A stretch of DNA of 62,889 bases, counting the filler, from Octopus bimaculoides (taxonomy: Eukaryota), in assembly GCF_001194135.2 (NCBI RefSeq). It is 8 parts of 7 records of this genome, joined end to end, with 100 filler letters (N's around TTAATTAATTAA, not from the genome) between each part and the next. Parts side by side here need not be neighbours in the genome. Positions count along the whole stretch, not along the records: positions 1 to 14,585 come from NC_068989.1; 7 more parts are not named here. One strand, given 5' to 3'. Both the position numbers and the translations under genes were made by a program. Shown piece by piece: positions 1-11,987 of the stretch; position 1 is the first letter of the stretch, and each line of letters begins with the position of its first letter. The notes beneath the pieces are model-generated. The model saw only the letters and a list, made by a program, of their open reading frames with translations, ran no database searches and was not told where the DNA came from.

Positions 1-62
1 ATTTTGTGTTATACACAACTTATACAAAATTTAAAAACAAAACAGGTCTTTTAAGAGGTGAA

Positions 63-85
63 GGGTTAGGGTTAGGGTTAGATAT

Positions 86-129
<44 letters not shown>

Positions 130-215
130 CAGATAGATAGACAGACAGCTGCATACATACATACATACATACATACATACATACATACATACATACATAC
201 ATACATACATACCTA
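63..215. repeat. (GGGTTA)3 followed by (GATA)n/(GACA)n and (CATA)n microsatellites
   Basis: Read directly from the sequence. Confidence 0.95.
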
Positions 216-271
216 TATATATATAAATAAATATATGGAGTTAAACGCAGGTGTTATTCAAATTCTTTTAC

Positions 272-353
272 TTCCAACATATGTTTCGAAGACAACATTG
301 GTATTATTCCAAAGGACTAAAATGGTGTAAAACAATGCAATCTCATCAGGGAA
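272..353 (-). ncRNA. Degenerate antisense copy of the 1131-1215 hammerhead
   Basis: Minus strand reads TTCC-CTGATGA-gattgc...gtcttc-GAAAC-ATAT-GTT-GGAA. Stem II base is mismatched and the cleavage triplet is GUU. Confidence 0.65.
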
Positions 354-1130
354 GGAAGCAAAGAAACCAAACTCAACAATAAGACATTTTAACAGAATAT
401 GATAGATGTGTATAATGATGAACGGAACGCTATTATTTTTTTAAAAACCGTTAGAAGATATAACGTCAAAGGTAGCCTATAGAAAGAAAAGAGGGGAAAA
501 AAGAAATATGCAGAAAACTAATAAAGGAGAAATATAGAGCGATATGTGAATTAAAATAAAAGCTTAAAGGCTTGTACTCTACGTTTAGGGATAGTAATAA
601 ACGCAACAGCATAGGGCTTAGTAAATTAATTTGGTATCTAAAAGACCATAATAATTAAATTTAAATTGGTTGATTCTCTCTATTTCATTCCCATATGATA
701 AAGGTAAAGAATTCTGCCAACTCTGTAATAGTGAACTATTTTCTATTCTTTTTTCTAAGAATCGTCTTGTAAACACGTGTATAGAGTGTGCTTATCGATG
801 TAAACATTGGCAGAAACATACCTTTACTTCATATAAATGATATCTACCATTCTATATAATTTGAACATTGATTTTCTTCTTATATTTCACTTCCACTAGA
901 TATATCTATTTCCAAGCTTTTAAGCTTTTATTTTAATTCACATATCGCTCTATATTTCTCCCTTTTCTACTTATTTTATTCCTTTTCCCCTTCTCTTCCT
1001 ATACGCTACCTTTGACGTTATATCTTCTAACGGTTTTTTAAAAAAACTTAATAGCATTCCGTTCATCATTATACACATCCATCACATTCTGTTAAAATGT
1101 CTTATTGATGAGTTTGGTTTCTTTCTTTCT

Positions 1131-1215
1131 TTCCCTGATGAGAAGACTACATCGTTTTACACCATTTTAATTCTTTAGAATAATACCAATGTTGTCTTCG
1201 AAACATATGTCGGAA
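1131..1215 (+). ncRNA. Minimal type-I hammerhead ribozyme (PLE type)
   Basis: Stem I TTCC/GGAA; core CTGATGA (1135-1141); stem II GAAGAC/GTCTTC; GAAA; palindromic stem III ACATATGT; GUC cleavage after 1211. Confidence 0.88.
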
Positions 1216-2295
1216 GTAAAAGAATTTGAATAACACCTGCATTTAACTCCATTTATTTATTTATATATATTGTACAAGACATTTCACAACAACCCGGAGT
1301 TTCTACCTTTACAAACAGGGTGTTACGTCCTTATTACTTGTGTGAGTTTTTGCTGCCCTTGTAACTGTTTATTTATTTTTTCCGTGTTAATTGTAAACAA
1401 GGGAAAAATTATACCTATACTCTAAGGGAATGAGCCTGATCGTCATCGATATAGTGACGACTCAAGTCATATTTCGCTCTTATTAAGCTTTATCAAACAT
1501 CCAAAGTCACTAAAGTTGTCACATTACTGTGAATAGATTAGATTCATTTCACCACTATACACTAACTCATTTATTTTGTATTCTTTAATTAATTTATTAT
1601 TCGGCGTTCTTCAATTAATCAGATTGACACCTACGATATTATCTTTGATTAATTATAATTAGTTGTAATTAATTTCAATTCCTGTCTGCAGTTAATCTTC
1701 GCGATAATGATTCTTGTTTCCTCACTTCCAGTATAGTTTTTCCAGACACAATGTGTGCTAGCCATTGTGTCTTTTCCCTAAGACATTGAGCGTGTAATAT
1801 GAGAAAGATTTGGCTACTACTTTTAGCAGGTCAAGTGCTGGGTCTTTGATAATATATATGTTGATAATGTTGTTTCTTACTGTTTAACCCCAGTCCTCAA
1901 TGAAGAGGGAGACATATGCCTGAAGGCATTCCAGACCTGGCTATCTCATCTTTCTTTGTATATCAGTGACTATATTGTCCAAAGTGTCCTTCGTATGAGT
2001 AAGCTTTAATTTTAGACAGATTTGGTTGTCTTTTCTAGCAGAGAGAGCGACCACATGGATTTCGCTCGTTGTCTCATTGATGACGTGGTTGACACTGGTG
2101 TTGTTGATGTTTAGTCCAAGATCAGACAGAAATATACTGAAAGGCTTTCAACACATTACCATCCAATCCTTTTTGTATATCAGGGTCAATATTATTTAAA
2201 GGTATCCTACTTTCTCTTAAAATATAAAATGTGATTTGAGTGAGGTTTGGCTGCTCTTTCCAGCGGGCCGTAAGACCAAAGAGAGCTCCCTCGTG

Positions 2296-2682
2296 CATAA
2301 TATTGGTTTCAAATTTTGGCACAAGGCCAGTAATTTTGGTTTGGGGCAAATCGATTACATCGATCTCAGTGCTCAAGTGGCGCTTATTTCATCGGCCCCG
2401 AAAGGAAGGATGAACGGCAAAGTCGACCTCGGCGGCATTTGAACTCAGAATGTAAAGATGAACAAAATGCTGCTAAGTATTTTTGCGGTCGGCTAACGAT
2501 TCTGTCAGCTCGCTGCCTGCCTTCGATAATATTGATTTCAAATTTTGGCATAAGACCAGCAAGTTCGGGGGAGGAGTAAATCGATTACATCAACCCTACT
2601 GCTCAATTTGGTACTTATTTTAACGATCCCGAAACGATGAAAGTCGATCCTGACGAAATTTGAACTCAGAACGTAAAGACGT
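2296..2682 (-). mobile_element. Two tandem copies of tRNA-derived SINE family B (core GGTCGACTTTGCCTTTCATCCTTTCGGGGTCGATAA, ATT tail)
   Basis: Reverse complement of the + copies at 2983-3205 and 3794-3990. Confidence 0.85.
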
Positions 2683-2873
2683 TAGCATTGCTAATATTAT
2701 TAGCAATGTAGCAAAGATTGTTTGCTAACATAACATGGCAGTTCTGGTTTAGGACTAATGTTGCTGTAATTTAACCCCAGGAGACATCGTCTCCTGCTGC
2801 CTATAACGACACGTTCTGTGTCCTGATATTTTCGAACAAGGGAATCTAACACCCCCACTCAGCTCAAAACAAT

Positions 2874-2920
2874 ATCTGGGTATCGCGATTTCTGGGTTAT
2901 TTCCTTTCATCAGCACAGAT
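2874..2920 (-). ncRNA. Minimal type-I hammerhead ribozyme
   Basis: Minus strand: stem I ATCTGTG/CCCAGAT (one mismatch); CTGATGA; short stem II (GG/CC, base mismatched); GAAA; palindromic stem III ATCGCGAT; AUA cleavage triplet. Confidence 0.7.
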
Positions 2921-2982
2921 TAATTGTTCGGCTAGAGGTGGCGCTGCCACATTCCCGTTCGAAATGTTTATAGTATAGTTTC

Positions 2983-3205
2983 CATGAGGCGAACGCGGCG
3001 AGCTGACAGAAGTTTTAGCACACCGGGTAAAATGCTTTCGTCCGTCTTTACGTTCTGAGTTCAAATTCCGCCGAGGGCGACTTTGTCTTTCATCTTTGCG
3101 GGGACGATAAATTAAGTACCAATTACGTACTGGGTTTGATCTAATCGACTGGACCACACCCCAGAAATTTGGGGCCTTGTGCTTTGATTAAAAAAGAATA
3201 TTATT
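2983..3205 (+). mobile_element. SINE family B copy
   Basis: tRNA-like head GGCGAGCTGACAGAA..GAGTTCAAATTCCGCC, family core, ATT tail. Confidence 0.85.
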
Positions 3206-3218
3206 AGCAATGTTTATA

Positions 3219-3752
3219 GGCGCAGGAGTGGCTGTGTGGTAAGTAGCTTGCTACATGGTTCCGGGTTCAGTCGCACTGCGTGGCACCTTGGGCAAGTGTC
3301 TTCTACTATAGCCTCGAGTCCATCAAAGCCTTGTGAGTGGATTTGGTAGACGGAAACTGAAAGAGGCCCATTGTATATATGGNNNNNNNNNNNNNNNNNN
3401 NNNNNNNNNNNNNNNNNNNNNNNNNNNNNNNNNNNNNNNNNNNNNNNNNNNNNNNNNNNNNNNNNNNNNNNNNNNNNNNNNNNNNNNNNNNNNNNNNNNN
3501 NNNNNNNNNNNNNNNNNNNNNNNNNNNNNNNNNNNNNNNNNNNNNNNNNNNNNNNNNNNNNNNNNNNNNNNNNNNNNNNNNNNNNNNNNNNNNNNNNNNN
3601 NNNNNNNNNNNNNNNNNNNNNNNAGCGGTTCGGCAAAAGACACCGATAGAATAAGTGCTAGGCTTACAAGGAATAAGTCCTGGGGTCGATTTGCTCGACT
3701 AAAGGCGGTGCTCCAACATGGCCGTAGTCAAATGACTGAAACAAATAAAAGA
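3219..3752 (+). mobile_element. tRNA-derived SINE family A (octopus OK/OR-like), with internal microsatellite/N gap
   Basis: Head GGCTGTGTGGTAAG..GGTTCAGTC..GGGCAAGTGTCTTC..GACGGAAACTGAAAG; 3' tail AAAGGCGGTGCTCCAACATGGCC..GACTGAAAC. Many copies in the window. The family name is from memory. Confidence 0.85.
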
Positions 3753-3793
3753 AAAAAGAAAAAAGAAACAAAGAAAGAAAGTATAGTATCCAT

Positions 3794-3990
3794 GAGGCGA
3801 AGGCGGTGAGCTGGCAGAAGCGTTAGCCCACCGGGTAAGATGCTTAGCGGCATTTTTTCTGTCTTTACGTTCTGAGTTCAAATTCGGCCGAGGTCGACTT
3901 TGTCTTTCATCCTTTTGGGGTCGATTTAGTCCACTTAGCCCCTCTCCCAAACTTCTTGATTTTGTGCAAAAATTTGAAGCCATTATTAGC
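3794..3990 (+). mobile_element. SINE family B copy
   Basis: Same head, core and tail as 2983-3205. Confidence 0.85.
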
Positions 3991-4256
3991 ATTACTGTTT
4001 TGTCGTCATTCTTGTTGATGTTGCCTTTGTTGTTGCAGTTGATGTTACTGTGGCTTAGCCCCAGGTCATTCTGAATGAGCTGACATATGCTTAGGGATTA
4101 TACAATCCAATACGTCCTTATTTATAAGACATTAAAATACGAATTCAGAGAGTTTTCGTTGCTCTTTCTAGCAAGTCGAGCTGCTACGTTGGCTCGCTCT
4201 CATTCTTCTTTTGTTCTTACCATTATTGTTGTTGCTGCTGATGCTGGTGCTGCTGC

Positions 4257-4291
<35 letters not shown>

Positions 4292-4842
4292 TTGCCGCCG
4301 TCGTCTTTTGTTAAGTTCCAACTGAACACAAGATAACCAGCCAGGTCTCCTAACCCTGGATTAACAGAATAGAAACCGCTGCAACAAAAACATTAAACTA
4401 AGCCATCTGTCCAGTACAGCACAACACTTCGCAGCATAAAATGGTAATCTTGCATTTTGTTATATTCTTTGTTTTTATTTTTTCATTATTATTTTGTATT
4501 TTTTTTATTTTGTTATTTTACAACTCTTCATATTGGTCTTACTGGTGAGGTAACAACAACAACAACAATGACTACCTACATATGGAAACTAAGTAACTAT
4601 TACTACAACTACTATCAGCTACTAATGCTGCTGCTACTACTACTACTACCTAATCATGTACTGCTGCTACTTCTGCTGCTTCTACTACAATGATTATTAC
4701 TAATATTACTACTATTACTAGTATTCTACAAATATCAGTGACTGAGGGACCATTAAATCTGTTAGAAATATTAGTGAATTGCTTTTCAAATCACACTCTA
4801 TTGTTTTAAAACAGGAAAGACACATTGAATATTGTAGCCGCC

Positions 4843-4914
<72 letters not shown>

Positions 4915-4915
<1 letters not shown>

Positions 4916-5210
4916 GACCTGGAAATAGAGATAACTCGAATGTGGAATCTAAAAACAGAAACAATTCCTATCATAGTAGGTGCCTTAAGTATAAAAAAAT
5001 ATTCAGACAAATACATAACAAAAACACCAGGACTTACAAATATATATAACATACAGAAAATTGCACTACTGGGTACTGCACACATTCTACGCAAAACACT
5101 TTCAATACAGTAAACATAAGAGCACCACAGCAAACCACAGCACGTACCCAAGGCGCACAGAGCTGCGCTCGGTAGTGAAGTGAAAGCACGTTATAAAAAT
5201 AAAACTACTG
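4915..5210 (+). mobile_element. 3' end of an R4/Dong-like non-LTR retrotransposon (restriction-like endonuclease C-terminus) inside a (TAA)n tract
   Basis: Near-identical to the 54927-55277 copy, which encodes KYKDLEIEITRMWNLKTETIPIIVGALG..QKIALLSTAHILRKTLSIQ. (AAT)n lies on both sides (4844-4910, 5214-5240). Confidence 0.85.
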
Positions 5211-5237
5211 GACAATAATAATAATAATAATAATAAT

Positions 5238-5396
5238 AATTCTTTCTACTAAAGGCACGTGGCCTGAAATTTTAGGGGAGAGGACTAGTCGATTACATTG
5301 ACTCCAGTATTCGACAGGTACTTATTTTACCGACCCCGAAAGGATGAAAAGCAAACTGGGCCTCGGCGGAATTTGAACTCAGAAGATGACGGCAGA
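5238..5396 (-). mobile_element. SINE family B copy sharing the TAA/ATT tract with the Dong-like tail
   Basis: Reverse complement of the family B core. Confidence 0.8.
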
Positions 5397-5533
5397 AAAA
5401 GCAATAGATAGAAGAAAGGATGTGGAGTCAGTTTTCTCACTGCTGATAAGTTTGATTGCCAGGACCTCTGAAATATATTATTCTAGCAAATGCAGGAGTA
5501 TCTACAAGCATTAATGAGTTATATCATTACATA

Positions 5534-5743
5534 CAGGTGCGGCAGAAATACTTCCCACATTTTAAACTTTCACCTATGTGTTGCTAATGAACTTATGCAA
5601 GTGTCAATGATGTTTTCATTTAGCTAATGAACAAAACCTGTAACCCTTTGTTTAAACAACAGTAAAATTAATTTTTCATAAATGTTGTTTCTTTTTCCTT
5701 TTGTCAACCTTTCAAACGTGGGAGGTATTTCTGCTGCACTCTG
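5534..5743. mobile_element. Tc1/mariner-type MITE (210 bp)
   Basis: TIRs CAGGTGCGGCAGAAATACTTCCCAC / GTGGGAGGTATTTCTGCTGCACTCTG, with TA on both flanks. Confidence 0.8.
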
Positions 5744-5785
5744 TATAACAGGAATTTGTGTTATTGTAACAGTCACTACAAGTTA

Positions 5786-6265
5786 CCGTAAATTCTCGAG
5801 TATAGTCCGCCCTTGAGTATAATACCAGGGGATTTTTAGTGGGCTGTACCTCTGAAAAACCTAAACCTTGTGTATAATACGCACCTCTTCTCTAACTTGA
5901 GTCAAGGAGGTCTATATAACGTCCTTCATTTGTNNNNNNNNNNCTCTTCTCTAACTTGAGTCAAGGAGGTCTATATAACGTCCTTCATTTGTAAACATAT
6001 ATACGGTAACGTCCTTTATTATTATTGTATATATAACATAATGCAAACATGCAGCTTTTTTGTGCACTTTTTTTCCAGAAAATAAAGAAACAGTAATAAC
6101 GTCAGTGAAAAATAAATATTAAGTAAATTGTCTTTACATATTTATCACTTAGAAAATTTAGCTTAGAAAATATTTTTCATTCTTAACCTCGTATAGAGTA
6201 CGCATTAGAAATTTTGACCTTTAAATTTTGGGGAAAAAGTGCGGATTATACTCGAGGATTTACGG
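5786..6265. mobile_element. pogo/Tigger-type MITE
   Basis: 25-bp TIRs CCGTAAATTCTCGAGTATAGTCCGC / GCGGATTATACTCGAGGATTTACGG, TA target duplication. Confidence 0.88.
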
Positions 6266-7769
6266 TATTTCATTACAATCACATCTCTGTTATGTCATTG
6301 CGACACCACTTAACTATTTCAGTACGACCAACACAGTATATTTATGCATAAATATAAAGAAACTGAGCCATTATGGCTACCAGCACTGACATCTTTCATT
6401 AAAATCACAACAAAATTTTATTGTTCGAGTCATTATTAAACTGTTTTACTAAGCTGCATCATTGCAGAAACTTATAAGATCTCATTACAATCAACAATGA
6501 AATGTTTCATACAAACACAGCTTACCTATGTCATTACAACTAACATCTATCGATAAGCTGTTATGTCATTACTTACACCATTATGTTCCTACATCAACTC
6601 ACAGCATTGTCTAATTACAATCAACACACATCAGTGTCATTAAAAACAATACTGAGTTGTTCCATTTCTACTATTACTAAACTGTATCATTGTGACCATC
6701 GCTTAGCTGTTTCTATACATCCAGCATTCAGCTGAGTGTCATCCAAAGAAATANNNNNNNNNNNNNNNNNNNNNNNNNNNNNNNNNNNNNNNNNNNNNNN
6801 NNNNNNNNNNNNNNNNNNNNNNNNNNNNNNNNNNNNNNNNNNNNNNNNNNNNNNNNNNNNNNNNNNNNNNNNNNNNNNNNNNNNNNNNNNNNNNNNNNNN
6901 NNNNNNNNNNNNNNNNNNNNNNNNNNNNNNNNNNNNNNNNNNNNNNNNNNNNNNNNNNNNNNNNNNNNNNNNNNNNNNNNNNNNNNNNNNNNNNNNNNNN
7001 NNNNNNNNNNNNNNNNNNNNNNNNNNNNNNNNNNNNNNNNNNNNNNNNNNNNNNNNNNNNNNNNNNNNNNNNNNNNNNNNNNNNNNNNNNNNNNNNNNNN
7101 NNNNNNNNNNNNNNNNNNNNNNNNNNNNNNNNNNNNNNNNNNNNNNNNNNNNNNNNNNNNNNNNNNNNNNNNNNNNNNNNNNNNNNNNNNNNNNNNNNNN
7201 NNNNNNNNNNNNNNNNNNNNNNNNNNNNNNNNNNNNNNNNNNNNNNNNNNNNNNNNNNNNNNNNNNNNNNNNNNNNNNNNNNNNNNNNNNNNNNNNNNNN
7301 NNNNNNNNNNNNNNNNNNNNNNNNNNNNNNNNNNNNNNNNNNNNNNNNNNNNNNNNNNNNNNNNNNNNNNNNNNNNNNNNNNNNNNNNNNNNNNNNNNNN
7401 NNNNNNNNNNNNNNNNNNNNNNNNNNNNNNNNNNNNNNNNNNNNNNNNNNNNNNNNNNNNNNNNNNNNNNNNNNNNNNNNNNNNNNNNNNNNNNNNNNNN
7501 NNNNNNNNNNNNNNNNNNNNNNNNNNNNNNNNNNNNNNNNNNNNNNNNNNNNNNNNNNNNNNNNNNNNNNNNNNNNNNNNNNNNNNNNNNNNNNNNNNNN
7601 NNNNNNNNNNNNNNNNNNNNNNNNNNNNNNNNNNNNNNNNNNNNNNNNNNNNNNNNNNNNNNNNNNNNCTTTTGAATTTTAATCTTTATAATGGATAGAA
7701 TCACGTGCACGCTTTCACTAGTTGAAGACAACTAGCACGAGATTCTGTTCGATTGTAAAAATATCGGCA

Positions 7770-7838
7770 ATCTGTACTGAAGATAAATAGACATTTTTAT
7801 TTTCAGAATGTTGATTTTGAAACTATAGTCTGCAGATA
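7770..7838 (+). ncRNA. Minimal type-I hammerhead ribozyme
   Basis: Stem I ATCTGTA/TGCAGAT (7 bp, one G-U); CTGAAGA; imperfect stem II (AAAT..ACATT / AATGT..ATTT); GAAA with one extra A; palindromic ACTATAGT; GUC after 7831. Confidence 0.72.
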
Positions 7839-8131
7839 ATCGAGGTATGTACAATTTTCACTGGTCTAGCCCGCCTGGTTTTGCTTCGCTGAATCCGTAT
7901 TTGAGAATCTTTTAAGTGAGCTTCTTCTAGCATTTTGACAGACCGGTCACTGATCAATCTTATATACACAAGTACTATAATCTTTTTAGGATCTCCCAAA
8001 AAATTTTTTCAAGAGCCTTCTGATTCTTTTAATGTGCTAGTTTCCTGGTATTAAATTGATAGTAATTAATATCGAATTTTTACCACATTATATTAATTAT
8101 ATATATATATATATATATGTATATACATATA

Positions 8132-8545
8132 TTCGACGGGCTTCTTTCAGTTCCCGTTTACCAAATACACTCACAAGGCTTTGGTCGATCCGAGGCTATA
8201 GTAGAAGACACTTGCCCAAGATGCTACGCAGTGGGACTGAACCCGGAACCATGTGATTCGTAAACAAGCTACTTACCACACCACCAATTTACGGGGACGT
8301 AAACACATCAACACCAGTTTTCAAGCAATGAGAGGACAAACGCAAACACAAGCACACACACACACATGCATACATTTATAATGCTGGCTTTTTGGAGTCT
8401 CCTTCTACCAAATCTACTCACAAGGCTTTGGTCAGCCCGAGGCTATAGCAGAAGACACTTGCATAAGGAGCCACACAGAGGGACTGAACACTGAACCATG
8501 TGTTTGGGACTCAAGCTTCTTGCCACACAGCCACGCTTGCACCTA
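8132..8545 (-). mobile_element. Two SINE family A heads (about 8132-8283 and 8380-8545)
   Basis: Reverse complement of the family A head. Confidence 0.85.
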
Positions 8546-8789
8546 TATTTGTGCTATTCCATTTTGATTTCGTTGTGTGTGCTTTTATACTGTTTTCTCT
8601 CAACCTTTCTCTTCCGGTTATTCTGTGTGCATATTCGTATGTGTGCGTATATGCTTCCATGTATGTTTGCGGTTCTCTTCTTTTGTCTCAAGGCAACATA
8701 TAATATATTATTTTAAAGTCATGTCTATTAATAAAGAACTTGAAATAAATTGCAGTCGATGAAACCAACTGATTAATTTTTTCGACGAC

Positions 8790-9741
8790 GAACTAAACCA
8801 CGACAACGACGATGATGGTGGTGGTGGTGTTGGAGGCGGTAGCTTAGTTGTTGTTGTTCGTGATGATGGTGATGGTGATGGTGGAAGCAGCGGCGGTGGT
8901 GGTGATGATGAGGAGGAGGTGAAGGAGGAAGAAGGCGGTGGTGGTAAAGTCGATAAAGAAGAGTAAAAAAGAAAACGTTGGTGTTTGGGAAACGAATTAT
9001 AAAAAAAGAAAATTGATACAAACCTAAGCAAGAAACGGGGAAGAAAAAATAGAATATTTGCAATCCCATCATTCGTGTTAAGAACAGCTCTTTGCCACCA
9101 CACTACTCTTCTCATACTAAACGGTAGATGGCGACAGAGGTCTTTCCAATGACAGCGGCATGGTGGTTTTACTTTACAATAAAAGGCAAAGAAAGTGTTG
9201 ATGATAGTTTTAGTGTGACGTAGCGGTGGTTTGGTAGAGGTTTAGGTTGTGGTAGTGGTACTCGTAGTGGTGCTATGGTGCTATGGTGGTGAGGGCGGTG
9301 GGAAAGTTATTTAGGTGGTATAGGTGAAGTTTGAATGTGGGATGGTTTATATTTTAGCGTAAAAAGTAATGTTAGTAGTGGTGATGGTTTTAGTGGTCGT
9401 GTTGGTAACGTAGTAGTGGTGGCGGCGGTGGTGGTAGTGGTGGCAGTGGTGGTGATGACATGGCGGAGGTTTTGATTTAGGTGGTGAGCATTAAATGTGG
9501 AGTTGTTTAAATTTTGGTCTAGGTGGTGGTGGTGGTGGTGGTGGTGATAACAGAATTGGTGGTACCTATGGTGGTCAAAGTTCCTGGTGGTGACAATAGT
9601 GATGCCTATGATGATAATGGTGATGCCAGTAGTAGTGTGCAAAGAGGTGAAGAAACAGGCGTAAAGTGAAAAACAAAAGAAACATAAAATAATAACAAAA
9701 ACAAAAATAAAAAATTACAAAACAAAGGAATAATAAAAATA

Positions 9742-9840
<99 letters not shown>
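8790..9840. repeat. Low-complexity (GGT)/(GAT)/(AAT) trinucleotide-rich region
   Basis: Read directly; explains the spurious poly-H/P/S/T ORFs. Confidence 0.9.
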
Positions 9841-10329
9841 GCACGAACAACTTAATTCGACAGGAAATAAAGGGAGACAACAAAACGTGGGGAAGAGGGA
9901 GGGGAGTGAGGTTGGGTAATGGTGGAATACTCAACCAAAGTAGAATAAAAAGTTGAAATAAAGAAAAGTAGCAAAAAAAATGGAGGAAATATGTATTAAA
10001 ACTGTAATCGAAAAAATACACACAAGTGTAAAAACAAAATCTGAAAATAATGAAAGAAAAAACAATGATTTAAAATAAAAATGAAACAAATATATACACA
10101 ATGCGAAGAAAAAGAAGGAAAAAATATAGAAAATGATAAAAGGAAAAAAATGAAAATCTGTGCGAGCAGACGTTTCTTTGAAAATCTATCTTTCGCTATT
10201 TTCCCTCTTTTATAATTCTAACCACGTTGGCTTTTTATTTCTCCTTTTACCGTTCCACCTCTTCACCCGTTTCTAGATGTTTGTCTGTCTCATTTTCTCT
10301 CTCTCTCTCTATCTCTATCTCTCTCTCCC

Positions 10330-10360
<31 letters not shown>

Positions 10361-10657
10361 NNNNNNNNNNNNNNNNNNNNNNNNNNNNNNNNNNNNNNNN
10401 NNNNNNNNNNNNTCTATCTATCTATCTATCTATCTAACTCTCTCTCTCTATCTATCAGTCTAGCTATTTATCTATCTACCTATCTGTCTGTCTAATTCTC
10501 TCTCTCTATCTCTCTCTCTCTATATATCTATCTATCTCTCTATCTATCTACCGGTCTGTCTATCTCTCTCTCACACATACTATCTATTTTTCTTTCTCTC
10601 TTAATACACATACACACACATATATATATATGTACATATAAAAGAATTAAAGAATAA

Positions 10658-10701
<44 letters not shown>

Positions 10702-10744
10702 CATACATACACTGACACATGCACACACACACACACATTTAGAT

Positions 10745-10990
10745 ATGTGAAGCCGTGTGGCATTGGGGTTAGGCGGGTTGCACTCGCAATCGTGAGATCG
10801 CGGTTTCGATTCTGAGACACCTGCACGTTGTGTTCTTGAGCAAAATACTTTACTCTGCGACGGCCTAGTCTTCCGATCGAGGATTGTTGACCTGCTCGCC
10901 TAGACCGTAAGAGCAGCATTATTCCAAAGCTAAAACGATGCAAATCTCATTGTAACTAGCGGTGTATATTTGATAGTCTGATCGATCACC
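10745..10990 (+). mobile_element. Diverged tRNA-derived SINE (family C-related head with CORE-like GTTGTGTTCTTGAGCAAAATACTT)
   Basis: A-box-like TGGCATTGGGG, B-box-like GGTTTCGATTC; resembles the heads at 59541 and 62581. Confidence 0.6.
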
Positions 10991-11954
10991 TAATTACATA
11001 TATAGCATCCAACTGGTATTAAATACATACAACTCCAAGCAAATGTGTTGAGTGATACTTTCATTGTTCATTCATGTGTGTGTGCATGAGTGTGTATCTG
11101 TATGTATCTGTGTGTTTGTAGCTGCACAGTGATATATANNNNNNNNNNNNNNNNNNNNNNNNNNNNNNNNNNNNNNNNNNNNNNNNNNNNNNNNNNNNNN
11201 NNNNNNNNNNNNNNNNNNNNNNNNNNNNNNNNNNNNNNNNNNNNNNNNNNNNNNNNNNNNNNNNNNNNNNNNNNNNNNNNNNNNNNNNNNNNNNNNNNNN
11301 NNNNNNNNNNNNNNNNNNNNNNNNNNNNNNNNNNNNNNNNNNNNNNNNNNNNNNNNNNNNNNNNNNNNNNNNNNNNNNNNNNNNNNNNNNNNNNNNNNNN
11401 NNNNNNNNNNNNNNNNNNNNNNNNNNNNNNNNNNNNNNNNNNNNNNNNNNNNNNNNNNNNNNNNNNNNNNNNNNNNNNNNNNNNNNNNNNNNNNNNNNNN
11501 NNNNNNNNNNNNNNNNNNNNNNNNNNNNNNNNNNNNNNNNNNNNNNNNNNNNNNNNNNNNNNNNNNNNNNNNNNNNNNNNNNNNNNNNNNNNNNNNNNNN
11601 NNNNNNNNNNNNNNNNNNNNNNNNNNNNNNNNNNNNNNNNNNNNNNNNNNNNNNNNNNNNNNNNNNNNNNNNNNNNNNNNNNNNNNNNNNNNNNNNNNNN
11701 NNNNNNNNNNNNNNNNNNNNNNNNNNNNNNNNNNNNNNNNNNNNNNNNNNNNNNNNNNNNNNNNNNNNNNNNNNNNNNNNNNNNNNNNNNNNNNNNNNNN
11801 NNNNNNNNNNNNNNNNNNNNNNNNNNNNNNNNNNNNNNNNNNNNNNNNNNNNNNNNNNNNNNNNNNNNNNNNNNNNNNNNNNNNNNNNNNNNNNNNNNNN
11901 NNNNNNNNNNNNNNNNNNNNNNNNNNNNNNNNNNNNNNNNNNNNNNNNNNNNNN

Positions 11955-11987
<33 letters not shown>

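Larger units (their letters stand above)
216..1270 (+). mobile_element. 5'-truncated Penelope-like element: inverted pseudo-LTR (216-574), GIY-YIG C-terminal ORF remnant (about 602-840), pseudo-LTR (to 1270)
   Basis: 216-574 is the reverse complement of 913-1270. The spacer translates, with one stop and a frameshift, to NSIGLSKLIWYLKDHN..NLNWLILSISFPYDKGKEFCQLCNSELFSILFSKNRLVNTCIECAYRCKHWQKH*. This fits the PLE C-terminal pattern LSKxIWxLK..W..PY..CxLC..E..CxH. Confidence 0.85.

Noticed and set aside
1441-1510. Minus-strand TTGATAA..GAAA, possible second U3-A8 hammerhead
   Set aside because: Needs an extra base before stem II and a 9-nt bulge in stem I; stem III is poor.
5885-5992. Direct duplications flanking gaps (also about 30040-30098/30510-30570 and 59730-59800/59811-59884)
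   Set aside because: Near-exact copies on either side of an N gap, typical of unmerged contig overlaps.
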